Origin: an uncultured Bacteroidales bacterium
Lineage (GTDB): Bacteria; Bacteroidota; Bacteroidia; Bacteroidales; P3
Length of the DNA stretch: 64,000 nt
NCBI GenBank assembly: GCA_937884485.1
Contig: CALGCG010000024.1
Coordinates: forward strand, 20,868-84,867
Direction: 5' to 3'
Part shown: positions 18,693 through 27,326 of the stretch, piece after piece
Layout: each line of letters opens with the position of its first letter
Numbering within the stretch: position 1 is the first letter of the stretch
Notes under the pieces: model-generated
What the model was told of the DNA's origin: nothing
Seen by the model: the letters and a program-made list of their open reading frames with translations, nothing else
The model's database searches: none
Program-made: the position numbers and the translations under genes

Positions 18693-19683
18693 AGGCTGTG
18701 TATAGTTTGTCTTTGATGTTTTCCCATCGGTAGAGGCTGACGGCTTTGTGTGCCTGCAGGGTGATGGTGCGTGCAATGGTCTGGTTCCCGGTGGCCCAAA
18801 GCATTTTGGATGCCAGGGCATCGCTGTCGTTGCTGTCGAAGAGTAGGCCCGTGTTGTTGTTTTTCACCATGTAAGGCACGCCGCCCACTTTGCTGGAAAT
18901 CACCAGCAATCCGGCATTCATGGCCTCGAGCAGCGACACCGGCATGTTGTCCACCAGGGGGGCGGAGAGTATGATGTCGTTCTGGTCCAGGTATCGGTAA
19001 ATCTCGTTGTTGCCCACACGGCCGGTGAAGGTGACGTTCTTCAAGCCGAGGTCTTCCGCCATCCGCACGAGGTTTTCGTGCTCGCTGCCGTCGCCCACCA
19101 GGGTCAGGGTGGCTTCGGGCATGGCGGACTGCACCTTGCTGAAAGCCTGCAGGATGCACGGAATGTTGTACAGCGGTTCGTGTGCCCGTGTGCAGATGAA
19201 TTTGGGTTTGAGGCTCTCGCGCAGGCGAAACCGGCTGTCGTCCAGCTCCAGTATGTTGGGGATGGTGACAAAGGGGATGTTGTGTTTTTCAAACACTTGG
19301 GCCAGGAAACCCGACAGGGCGATGTTGGCGTCGGTGCGCATCAGGTAGTGCCGCACCAACCGCGGATGCCGGTCGAAAAACTCCTCCCCGCCACCGCCGT
19401 GGTAGGTCAGCACGATGCGTTTGCCGAGCCATCTTCCCACGGTCACTCCCACCACTGCCGGCAGGAAACCCCAGCTGGAGCAGCAATGGATGTGGAATGT
19501 GTCGAAGTCCTTCCCTTTGTTTTTCAGCTTGATGGGCAACATCAGGCGCCGCACGGCGGATGCTTTGGTGCTGAACACCTCGGCATGATGTCCGTCGGCC
19601 TCCAGCATTTTTTGCATTATTTCCACTTGGCCGGAGATGCCTCCGACCTTTGGCCTGTAGTTGCATATCAATAACACTTTCAT
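18676..19683 (-). CDS. Glycosyltransferase family 4 (GT-B)
   Basis: MKVLLICNYRPKVGGISGQVE... N-terminus and C-terminal EAMNAGLLVISSKVGGVPYMV (E-x7-E region). Confidence 0.85.
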   Translation of the reverse strand: MKVLLICNYRPKVGGISGQVEIMQKMLEADGHHAEVFSTKASAVRRLMLPIKLKNKGKDFDTFHIHCCSSWGFLPAVVGVTVGRWLGKRIVLTYHGGGGEEFFDRHPRLVRHYLMRTDANIALSGFLAQVFEKHNIPFVTIPNILELDDSRFRLRESLKPKFICTRAHEPLYNIPCILQAFSKVQSAMPEATLTLVGDGSEHENLVRMAEDLGLKNVTFTGRVGNNEIYRYLDQNDIILSAPLVDNMPVSLLEAMNAGLLVISSKVGGVPYMVKNNNTGLLFDSNDSDALASKMLWATGNQTIARTITLQAHKAVSLYRWENIKDKLYTAYGIHS

Positions 19684-19735
19684 GTACGAACTTTGTTAAA
19701 GGATGTTAAATCGTCGTGTCATGTCCTTTTTATCG

Positions 19736-19804
19736 CCCTGTCAAATCCCATCTTGGTGGGAGTTGGTAGGGAGTTGGTGGGGAGTTGGTAGGGGGTTGAC
19801 AGGG
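19736..19804. repeat. G-rich intergenic element, copy A: 9-bp inverted repeat enclosing four 11-nt tandem units
   Basis: ccctgtcaa (19736-19744) pairs with ttgacaggg (19796-19804). The units are ggtgggagttg, gtagggagttg, gtggggagttg and gtagggggttg (19755-19798). Confidence 0.9.
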
Positions 19805-19813
19805 ACTTTGCTC

Positions 19814-21217
19814 TTATAGAAGACCGCGTGAACCCAGCTTGAAAAATGCCCAGGCAATGGCCATGACGGGGACGACATAGTACCAGATTCTGAAAAAGCG
19901 GTAGTTTTTTTCGTTGAGCTGTGTTACGCCGTAGGCCGCCATGATGAGCAGCACCGGCAGTGCCGGCAGCAGGAAGCGTTCCGAGTTGGCGAAGCCGCTG
20001 GTGGAGATGATGCCGAGGTAGACAATGGCGAAGGAGCCGATGAGGCTGAGGTTGCGCCAGTTCTTGGTGATGAAGATGGCGCTGAAAACTGCAATCAGCA
20101 CAAAGCCGCCAAAGAAGTTGCGCACGTAGTTGCCACCGCTGAGTATCTGCTGGTTGTATTGTTGGTCCACGTCGACCATGGTGGGGAACGGCATGACGAA
20201 CATCATGGGTGCCATCACTGTGCCTGTGGCGTATTTGGCCCATTGGTTGCCCTTGTTGGTCTGGTGGGTGCGCTTGTCTGTCTGGTTGGTTTCGCGGTCG
20301 TCCCAGGTCGATTGAATCTCTGTGCTGATGGTTCCTCCGGCCAGCGTTGCGACGGCCAGCGCTCCCCAGCTGATGAGTAAGATGCGCTTGGTGCGGCCAA
20401 TGACCGAAGTGTTGGTGAATATCAATGCTGTGGCAATGGCGAACAGGGCGGCAGCGCCCAATACGGTGCGGAAGGTGAAAAGAAAGATTGCCAGAACCAC
20501 CGGCAGGGCGATGGTCAATATATTGTATTTCTTGCTCCGCAACAGGTAATCGCAACGTTCCAGATAAGCTATCAGAATGAATATCATGAAGGTCTCCTTC
20601 AGGTGCAGTCCGCAGTAGATGATGAGGTTAGGCATGAAGCAGGCGAAAACGGCAGAGAGGCGGCCCCCTTCCTCGCCGATGTTGCGCTTGGCCAGCAGGT
20701 AGATGAGCAGGCATGTGGCGGCGCTGAAGATGCAGTTGACCAGTCGGGGCAGGAGGATGCTTTCCCGTGTGACTTTGCTCAGCAGCGAGAGATAGAAGAG
20801 ATAGCCCGAGTCGGAGACGGTTTCGGAGTCAATGAAGAGGTAGCGGAACACATCGACAAGGTTTGCATGGAGATTGCTCATGGTTTCTTCGTAGTACCAG
20901 ACAGAGTCGCCGGCTTCAAATTCAAAGGGGATGCCGGTCTTCATGATGAAGTAGAAGTAGGAGAAGATGGTCCAGGCCACACGCAGTCCGAGCGCTGTGA
21001 AAAATATGTACTGCAAAAACCTTTTTTCTTCTATGGCCCGCCATTTGGCGCTGCAATAGGAGCTGAGCAGGAAGAATCCTACCACCCACAGGATGCCCAT
21101 CAGTATATAGTCGATGGCCATGGCGTGGTTGAAGAAAGCTAACGATACGGCTGCCAGCGAGCCTAAGTATAGGTAGATGCCTCTGTTGGCTATTTGTTTG
21201 GGTAAGAAGGGTACCAT
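19814..21217 (-). CDS. Polytopic membrane protein, GT-C-like glycosyltransferase or O-antigen-polymerase-like
   Basis: 468 aa from Met 21217 (MVPFLPKQ...) with about 11 or more hydrophobic segments. An acidic loop FEFEAGDSVWYYE follows the first helices, and SERFLLPALPVLLIMAAYG lies near the C-terminus. The listed 685-aa ORF has an Arg/Pro-rich extension that overlaps the upstream gene, and I rejected that extension. Confidence 0.55.
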   Translation of the reverse strand: MVPFLPKQIANRGIYLYLGSLAAVSLAFFNHAMAIDYILMGILWVVGFFLLSSYCSAKWRAIEEKRFLQYIFFTALGLRVAWTIFSYFYFIMKTGIPFEFEAGDSVWYYEETMSNLHANLVDVFRYLFIDSETVSDSGYLFYLSLLSKVTRESILLPRLVNCIFSAATCLLIYLLAKRNIGEEGGRLSAVFACFMPNLIIYCGLHLKETFMIFILIAYLERCDYLLRSKKYNILTIALPVVLAIFLFTFRTVLGAAALFAIATALIFTNTSVIGRTKRILLISWGALAVATLAGGTISTEIQSTWDDRETNQTDKRTHQTNKGNQWAKYATGTVMAPMMFVMPFPTMVDVDQQYNQQILSGGNYVRNFFGGFVLIAVFSAIFITKNWRNLSLIGSFAIVYLGIISTSGFANSERFLLPALPVLLIMAAYGVTQLNEKNYRFFRIWYYVVPVMAIAWAFFKLGSRGLL

Positions 21218-21222
21218 TTTTT

Positions 21223-21948
21223 TTATCCTATGATTTTGCGTTTTATCTTGATAAGTCGGGTCATGCATTTCTGCCCCACCAGTTTTTTGATGCTGTTTTT
21301 CCAGCCTTTCGTGTCGGTTTTGCCGTCCCACGAGCCCATGAAGAGGTGGTTGCAGTATGTGTTCTCGGTCAGTAGGTATTCGCCTGTGGTCTGGTGGGGG
21401 CAGAAGTAGTCGGAGGGGAAGACGGTGAGGTCTTTGTATTGGCCTTGCTTGCCGTCGCACAGGAAGCCGTTGGCTTTCATGATGGCGCTGATGCGCAGGG
21501 TGTTGGTGGTGGTGTCGAGGGTGCCGTCGTCGCGGCGGAAGTGCAGGCCGTCGTAGGCATGCAGCTGCTCCTCCACCCATTGGCCACCGGCCTCGCTGGC
21601 CATGAGACCTGTGACGGGGGGCTTGTGCTTGCTGCCCTCGTAGCCGGTGAAGGCGCTGAGGTGCAGCAGGTCGTCGAGGGGTTTCAGTATCTCCACGTCG
21701 GTGTCCATGTACACGCCGCCCTCGGTGCTGAGGGCATAGAGGCGCACGTAGTCGGTCACGAAAGCGTATTTCCTGGCAGCGTAGGCTTCCTTGGTGTAGG
21801 GGATGCTGTCGACGTCGAAGTTGTCCTCGTTCCAGAGCTTGTAGTGCCAGTCGGGCATGTGCCGGTGCCACGAGGCGATGCAGTCCTTGGCCAGCTGCGG
21901 CATCTCGCCCCGGCCAAACCAGCAGTAGTGTATTGTTTTGGGTATCAT
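21223..21948 (-). CDS. GT32-like glycosyltransferase (DXD sugar-binding region)
   Basis: From Met 21948: MIPKTIHYCWFGRGEMP...YAFVTDYVRLYAL...GGVYMDTDVEI. ATGA overlap with the upstream GT2 stop. Confidence 0.75.
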   Translation of the reverse strand: MIPKTIHYCWFGRGEMPQLAKDCIASWHRHMPDWHYKLWNEDNFDVDSIPYTKEAYAARKYAFVTDYVRLYALSTEGGVYMDTDVEILKPLDDLLHLSAFTGYEGSKHKPPVTGLMASEAGGQWVEEQLHAYDGLHFRRDDGTLDTTTNTLRISAIMKANGFLCDGKQGQYKDLTVFPSDYFCPHQTTGEYLLTENTYCNHLFMGSWDGKTDTKGWKNSIKKLVGQKCMTRLIKIKRKIIG

Positions 21949-22934
21949 CTTGAGAGTAGGCGTTGTTTTATTTTGGAACCTTCGTTCAGAATGGTTTGTT
22001 TGATTTGGAGCATCCATACGGGACACTGATACTGCCGGCGTGTCCGTGTCGGCTGCTTGCTCCAGTCCACCTTGGCCAGCTCGGTGCGTGCGGCCTCCCT
22101 GTAGCGTCTGTCGAGCAGGTGGTTCAGCAGGCTGTAAGTTCTCAGGTTGTCTATGAGTTGTTTGTAGTCGGGATTGCTTTTCTCCTGAGGTTCAAATTCG
22201 CTCAGTTGCCACAGCATATTCCGCTCCGGCGGGTGTAGGTGGTGGGTTCCGCGATAGGTTATGTCGACATCTTGATTGTAGTTGCTTAAAGGCTTATTGA
22301 GCAGTACTGCCTTATGTTTGAACACTATACGTATCCAAAGCAGAAAGTCTTCGCCCAGGGTGATGCCTACGGGGAATCCCCCCGTTTCATCAAAAATCGT
22401 TCGGGGAATACAGACCGCTCCTGTCCACAATGGCATGCAGAGGGTACGGGCGTAGACCTGGCAGTAGTTGATCTCGCCTTCGGTGAAGCTTTCGTCCACT
22501 CCGATGGGTGCCTGTCGGCGTCTCCCGTTCTTTACAATCCAATAGCTTGTGCCGTAGATGCCGGCGTCGGGGTGCCGTTCGATCAGGCCCGCCATTTCCT
22601 CGAGGAAAGTGGGTTCCCACCAGTCGTCGGCGTCGAGGAAGCAGATATACGGCGACGCAAGCGCCGCCTCACGCGACAAAGGAGCGCTGGCACTTGCGCC
22701 TGCCATGGCCACGCCACGGTTGCGCGCCGCGCTGACGCCGGCATTCTCCTGTCGCACCAGCCGTATGCGAGGGTCTGCAATGGCGGCCACGATATCGCCC
22801 CCGCCATCGGTACTGCCGTCGTCGACCACGATGAGCTCCCAGTCCCGGTATGTCTGTCCCACGACGCTCTCCACGGCCTTGCGGACGTAGGACGCCTTGT
22901 TGTAAAGGGGCATGATGATGCTGTATCGAACCAT
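21945..22934 (-). CDS. Glycosyltransferase family 2
   Basis: YSIIMPLYNKASYVRKAVESVVGQTYRDWELIVVDDGSTDG... and DADDWW motif. Confidence 0.9.
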   Translation of the reverse strand: MVRYSIIMPLYNKASYVRKAVESVVGQTYRDWELIVVDDGSTDGGGDIVAAIADPRIRLVRQENAGVSAARNRGVAMAGASASAPLSREAALASPYICFLDADDWWEPTFLEEMAGLIERHPDAGIYGTSYWIVKNGRRRQAPIGVDESFTEGEINYCQVYARTLCMPLWTGAVCIPRTIFDETGGFPVGITLGEDFLLWIRIVFKHKAVLLNKPLSNYNQDVDITYRGTHHLHPPERNMLWQLSEFEPQEKSNPDYKQLIDNLRTYSLLNHLLDRRYREAARTELAKVDWSKQPTRTRRQYQCPVWMLQIKQTILNEGSKIKQRLLSR

Positions 22935-22955
22935 GTGATTTGAATTGTTGAGGCT

Positions 22956-23786
22956 TTATGTGCGATAAGGTTTGGCTTTGTTCAACAAGCCATACCAGGT
23001 GCCAGTAATAATTGCTGTTACCTTCTCCATTTTGTTGTTCTCAAAAAGGATTATTTTTGCCATGGTTTTCAATCTCCCCAGCAGATGCGTCAATTTGTTG
23101 CGTGTTCTCATGTCATAGGGGAATTCGTGCCACATGAGAATACGGTTTCTGCTATCATAGTAGTGGCGGAGTGCATTGTAGTCCGATACAGTGATTGTCC
23201 GGTTGAGGAAATGAATTTTCCTGCCACTGCCTATATGGTGGATCAGGTTGCTTCCATTGTACTGGAGGGTTTTATAACCGTGCTCTTGTGCTCTCAAGCA
23301 CATCTCTGCATCAACCATGCTGATGAAAAGATCCTCCCTGAAAGGGCCGAGCTTTTCTATCATCGATAATGGAAAGATGCTGCTCGATTGAGCTGAATCG
23401 TTAATCGGTGTCCATTCCTCGTTGACAGGATGCTCGCGATTGATAATACAAGAACAGATGCCAGGATGGTTTATTTCCTCAACATGTTGCCTATACTTTC
23501 CAAAATCCTCGAAACGAGAGTCTTGATCCATTGTCATCAAGTGGGTGCAGTTTTGTTTTTTCGCATAGTCAATAGCCCAGTTGTAGGGTTTTGGCAAACC
23601 ATAATTCACACCGTCTTGATGAATAATCAAATTTGGGAACTCAATTTTAAGTTCACTATAATCATGTAGGTTTTCACTATTGTCCCATAGTATTAAGACC
23701 TCAACCTTATCGGCGAATGATGTAAGGTTGTGACGAAGGTCTTCAATGTCGGGGTGGTAGGCTACTGTGATGGAAGCAAGTTTCAT
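22956..23786 (-). CDS. Glycosyltransferase family 2 (rhamnosyltransferase-like)
   Basis: ASITVAYHPD...LILWDNS...MDQDS...VDAEMCLR pattern typical of WbbL-like GT2. The gene is AT-rich. Confidence 0.8.
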   Translation of the reverse strand: MKLASITVAYHPDIEDLRHNLTSFADKVEVLILWDNSENLHDYSELKIEFPNLIIHQDGVNYGLPKPYNWAIDYAKKQNCTHLMTMDQDSRFEDFGKYRQHVEEINHPGICSCIINREHPVNEEWTPINDSAQSSSIFPLSMIEKLGPFREDLFISMVDAEMCLRAQEHGYKTLQYNGSNLIHHIGSGRKIHFLNRTITVSDYNALRHYYDSRNRILMWHEFPYDMRTRNKLTHLLGRLKTMAKIILFENNKMEKVTAIITGTWYGLLNKAKPYRT

Positions 23787-24697
23787 TTCTGTATTTTATG
23801 TCGTTTGTAGGCATAATATTTGACAATGGGCCCATACACTATCGTGGCAAGTGCCCCCCACACATATACAATGGCGAGGGCAATCGGTACCGGCAAAGCA
23901 TATAAACGATAGTGGAACATATTCCACTTTATCCTTCTCTTTATATCAGCGCCGCTTCGCAACCGCGAACGTGCATGCTGGAAAAAGTTTTGTTTTATAC
24001 TTCGGCTTTTCGGAGCTGACGCTCTATGAACACCATAGTTGAAGAGTTCACTATTGATTGCCCTTTCGCCTTCCGGTAAAAACAGTCCATAACGCAATGA
24101 AGGATGTTTCCAAAATACGTAAAAAAGCGAAAGTTGGTCTCTACGAGAGTAATCACAATACATCTTCCACCACATGGCATCCACTTGTCGACAAACCTCA
24201 TTGTTTCTTCTATAAATGATATTGTTTTCAAACAGGCCATTGTTTTTAGGATAGCCCTCTTTCCTTAATTTGTGGCACCAGCGGAAGACTGTCTGTTCGG
24301 TATCCAGTCCATTGGAAAGAACCACAAAGGCGTGGTCATAGATGCAACCTGAAAAAGGAGGGTTCGGATGTTTCACTCCCCCCCAATCGATGCCTTCGTC
24401 ATAAAGGGCAATGAATCTTTCATATACACGCCGATCCGCTATTTGAATATTAGCGTCGATGTACAAAGAAGCGTCATACTCTGACAGGAGTTCTTCCGGG
24501 TGCATTTTGGGGTACCGCGAGAATCGAGTTGGATTTTCATTCCCAAAAGGGATACTCCGGATCTGCCATACACCCACCTGTTCCCTCTCGACAGAATCTG
24601 TAAACAGCACATAGTCGAACCGTTCGTCAACGACGGATGGCTGCTCTACGTTGTCGTATCCACCTACCATTACTGTATATACAACGAACTGCTTCAT
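23783..24697 (-). CDS. DUF616-type glycosyltransferase-domain protein
   Basis: VVYTVMVGGYDNVEQP...YVLFTD...YIDANIQI motifs and a C-terminal TM helix. ATGA overlap with the next gene. Confidence 0.65.
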   Translation of the reverse strand: MKQFVVYTVMVGGYDNVEQPSVVDERFDYVLFTDSVEREQVGVWQIRSIPFGNENPTRFSRYPKMHPEELLSEYDASLYIDANIQIADRRVYERFIALYDEGIDWGGVKHPNPPFSGCIYDHAFVVLSNGLDTEQTVFRWCHKLRKEGYPKNNGLFENNIIYRRNNEVCRQVDAMWWKMYCDYSRRDQLSLFYVFWKHPSLRYGLFLPEGERAINSELFNYGVHRASAPKSRSIKQNFFQHARSRLRSGADIKRRIKWNMFHYRLYALPVPIALAIVYVWGALATIVYGPIVKYYAYKRHKIQK

Positions 24698-24711
24698 TTA
24701 TCCCTCAATTA

Positions 24712-25587
24712 TTATAATTCTATCCAACTTCCAATTTTATAATCCCATTCTATTGGACGAATTGGCAAAAACCCACCCCAATCATAAAATGTTAACTCGG
24801 AAAATTTTATTTTACCTTGTATTTGGTATAAGTCCACCCTAACATGAGGTATCCCGGCGGATAGTTTACGGGCAACCTCTTTCATTTGTTCAAATGTCTC
24901 GGGTTTTCTGATTATACCTTCGTATTTTTTGAAGCCATGCGATATACACATGGGATTGAAGTCCATATCGTAGAAATTTTCCCATATGTCATCTGTTTTC
25001 ACTGTAATATACATTACACGAGGCTCCCCATTAAAACACCAGAATTTATAATTTACTAAATCGTCAAAAGTATGGTCCTCCAATAATTCCTCTGCAATAA
25101 TACGTGGCTTCACACCCTTATATGCCCATTCTCTATTCTGAATATAGTAATTTTTTACGGATAATCCTTTTCTTATTGTTTCTATTGCTTTTTCTCTATT
25201 TAGTTTGTCCTTGTTTCGGCAAATAACGAACGAACCACTGTTATGGGTGCATTTCAACACGAAAGTCTCCGGCAGGGCATCGAAGTCAATATCTAACAAT
25301 GAATCGTATAAGGCATACGTTTTTGTTACATATTCAGATCCAATCAAATTCGCCACCCATGACTTGACCTCATATTTATCCACCAACTTGTGGTATAATG
25401 GATTCCTGTCATGGAGTTTCAACCATTGCAATTTCTCGCAGAAAGTCTTTGGGCTTTTTAGGTCAAGCGGGTAATCCATACTCCGTTTCCATTGATGCTC
25501 TATGGCATAACGGTCAGACAAGTTTGCGAACAAGGCAGGGATGCTCACAGAAGGATGTGTTAAATAATATATTATCCGATGCTTCAT
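24712..25587 (-). CDS. ATP-grasp-fold amidoligase (TupA-like)
   Basis: DLKSPKTFCEKLQWLKLHDRNPLYHKLVDKYEVKSWV...FVLKCTHNSG...KFWCFNGEP...RVDLY. Matches the TupA-like ATP-grasp family as recalled. Confidence 0.7.
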   Translation of the reverse strand: MKHRIIYYLTHPSVSIPALFANLSDRYAIEHQWKRSMDYPLDLKSPKTFCEKLQWLKLHDRNPLYHKLVDKYEVKSWVANLIGSEYVTKTYALYDSLLDIDFDALPETFVLKCTHNSGSFVICRNKDKLNREKAIETIRKGLSVKNYYIQNREWAYKGVKPRIIAEELLEDHTFDDLVNYKFWCFNGEPRVMYITVKTDDIWENFYDMDFNPMCISHGFKKYEGIIRKPETFEQMKEVARKLSAGIPHVRVDLYQIQGKIKFSELTFYDWGGFLPIRPIEWDYKIGSWIEL

Positions 25588-25589
25588 GA

Positions 25590-26195
25590 TTAGTTATTGA
25601 CTTGCTCCCACTTATGTAAATCTAAATTATATCTCTTTATAATCTTGGCAGGATTTCCTACTGCAATAGAATAATCCGGGATGGATTTTGTCACCACACT
25701 ACCCGCTCCAATGATACACTTCTTTCCAATATTCACCCCGGGTAAGACACAAACCTTCTCTCCAATCCAGCAGCCATCTCCTATTGACACAGGTCGTGAT
25801 ACAAGAGGTTGTTGCATATACGACAATTCTTCTGGATCCATTCCATGATTTTCAGAGGTAATCAATACATATGAAGCTATTAAGACATTGTCACCGATTG
25901 TAACCTCCGATGCGTTAAGAATAGAAAAATAATATCCTATGTTGCAATTCTTCCCAATTCTAATTTGCGGGGTGCAAGTTCCTGTATCATAGTTTTGGAT
26001 ACGACTATTAGTCATTATCACCGTTGAATCACCAATAGAAAACCCTCGACCTGTTGACACAATTGCTGGCCAACAAATCACGGCACCCTTTCCAAAATAA
26101 GCAAATTGCTTTTTCCACTTATTAGAACCAAAACCCTTTCGTGTTATACGGTGGTATATTGAAAAAATAAAATTATGTATTAATCTACTGCTCAT
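25590..26195 (-). CDS. Hexapeptide-repeat acetyltransferase
   Basis: LbH repeats (IGKNCNIGYY..., IGDNVLIASYVLI, IGDGCWIGEKVCVLPGVNIGKKCIIGAGSVV). Confidence 0.8.
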   Translation of the reverse strand: MSSRLIHNFIFSIYHRITRKGFGSNKWKKQFAYFGKGAVICWPAIVSTGRGFSIGDSTVIMTNSRIQNYDTGTCTPQIRIGKNCNIGYYFSILNASEVTIGDNVLIASYVLITSENHGMDPEELSYMQQPLVSRPVSIGDGCWIGEKVCVLPGVNIGKKCIIGAGSVVTKSIPDYSIAVGNPAKIIKRYNLDLHKWEQVNN

Positions 26196-27325
26196 TTAAA
26201 CAATCCTTTTGCTTTCATTTCAATTATCGACTCCTCATAATTATCTTTTTGTATCTCTTGTTTGTTCACCCATTTGACAAACTGTTCAACGCCTTTCTCA
26301 AACGTCCATTTCGGCTCGTAACCAAGAATCTCTCTCGCCAAAGAGATATCCGCATAATTATGACGAATATCCCCAATACGATAATTGCCAGATACAATAA
26401 TTGGAACTTGTATTCCATATTTTTCACATAGCGTTTTGGCCACTGTCAACACATTCGTTGCCACCCCTGTTCCAATATTAAACACATGCCCATTTGCTTT
26501 TGGCCTTTCAAGGCCCATTATTGTAGCATCTACCACATCCTCGATATACACAAAATCGCGCGTCTCTTTCCCGTCTTCAAAGATATTGATACTGTTGCCA
26601 TTCTTGATACGTGTTGAAAAAATGCTCAATATACCGGTGTATGGGTTATTCAACGATTGGCCAGGTCCATACACATTCTGGTAGCGGAATGACACGGACT
26701 CAACACCAATGTTCTGGCACACGAGATGAACCATTTGCCCCTGCACCTGTTTGGTGATGCCATATACAGACGTAGGATGTATCATACTATCTTCGGTAGT
26801 GGCCACCAATTGCACTTCTCTGCCACATTTCGGGCACCTGCATTCAAAGTTGCCACATGCCATATCTTCTGCCCTACGTGCCAATGGATATACTTCTCCA
26901 CACGTCGAACAGAGGTATTTCCCTTCACCATAAATTGCACGAGATTCTGCTACCACTACTCGCTTCACATGATGCGGTTGGTTGGTTAATATATCCAGTA
27001 ATAATGCCGTTCCTCTAATATTGCTTTCAACATACTTTTCAATATCATACATTGACTGACCTGTTCCCGTCTCAGCAGCCAAATGAATAACTGCATCAAC
27101 ATCCGCCAGCGCTTTTTCCAAATCGTCTCGCGATGTAACAGAACCCTGTATAAAATGCACTTCGTCCTTAATGCTTCTATATAATGGCGAGGTTTCTTCT
27201 GGATTAGTTCCATGTACCTGTTCAGAAAGCGAATCCAAGACTACTACATCGTAACCTTTCGCCTTCAATTTCAGTGCTGTACTTGAACCAATAAAACCTG
27301 CACCTCCAGTAATAAGTACTTTCAT
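26192..27325 (-). CDS. NAD-dependent epimerase/dehydratase (extended SDR) with an inserted Cys-rich zinc-ribbon-like segment
   Basis: From Met 27325: MKVLITGGAGFIGS..., catalytic YGITK. A roughly 40-aa insert CSTCGEVY...CGNFECRCPKCG lies between the YGEG and PTSVYG regions. Confidence 0.8.
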   Translation of the reverse strand: MKVLITGGAGFIGSSTALKLKAKGYDVVVLDSLSEQVHGTNPEETSPLYRSIKDEVHFIQGSVTSRDDLEKALADVDAVIHLAAETGTGQSMYDIEKYVESNIRGTALLLDILTNQPHHVKRVVVAESRAIYGEGKYLCSTCGEVYPLARRAEDMACGNFECRCPKCGREVQLVATTEDSMIHPTSVYGITKQVQGQMVHLVCQNIGVESVSFRYQNVYGPGQSLNNPYTGILSIFSTRIKNGNSINIFEDGKETRDFVYIEDVVDATIMGLERPKANGHVFNIGTGVATNVLTVAKTLCEKYGIQVPIIVSGNYRIGDIRHNYADISLAREILGYEPKWTFEKGVEQFVKWVNKQEIQKDNYEESIIEMKAKGLFK

Positions 27326-27326
27326 T

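Noticed and set aside
19814-21871. N-terminal extensions in the ORF track, for example the 685-aa version of the membrane protein. The same applies to 17403..18821, 21223..22026, 26192..27400, 29566..30930, 33206..34264, 38733..39677, 40440..41354, 48408..49259 and 49664..51355.
   Set aside because: The extensions overlap the upstream gene, are Arg/Pro-rich, and precede an internal Met that starts a canonical N-terminus (GT2 motif, Rossmann motif or signal peptide). That Met often forms an ATGA overlap with the upstream stop.
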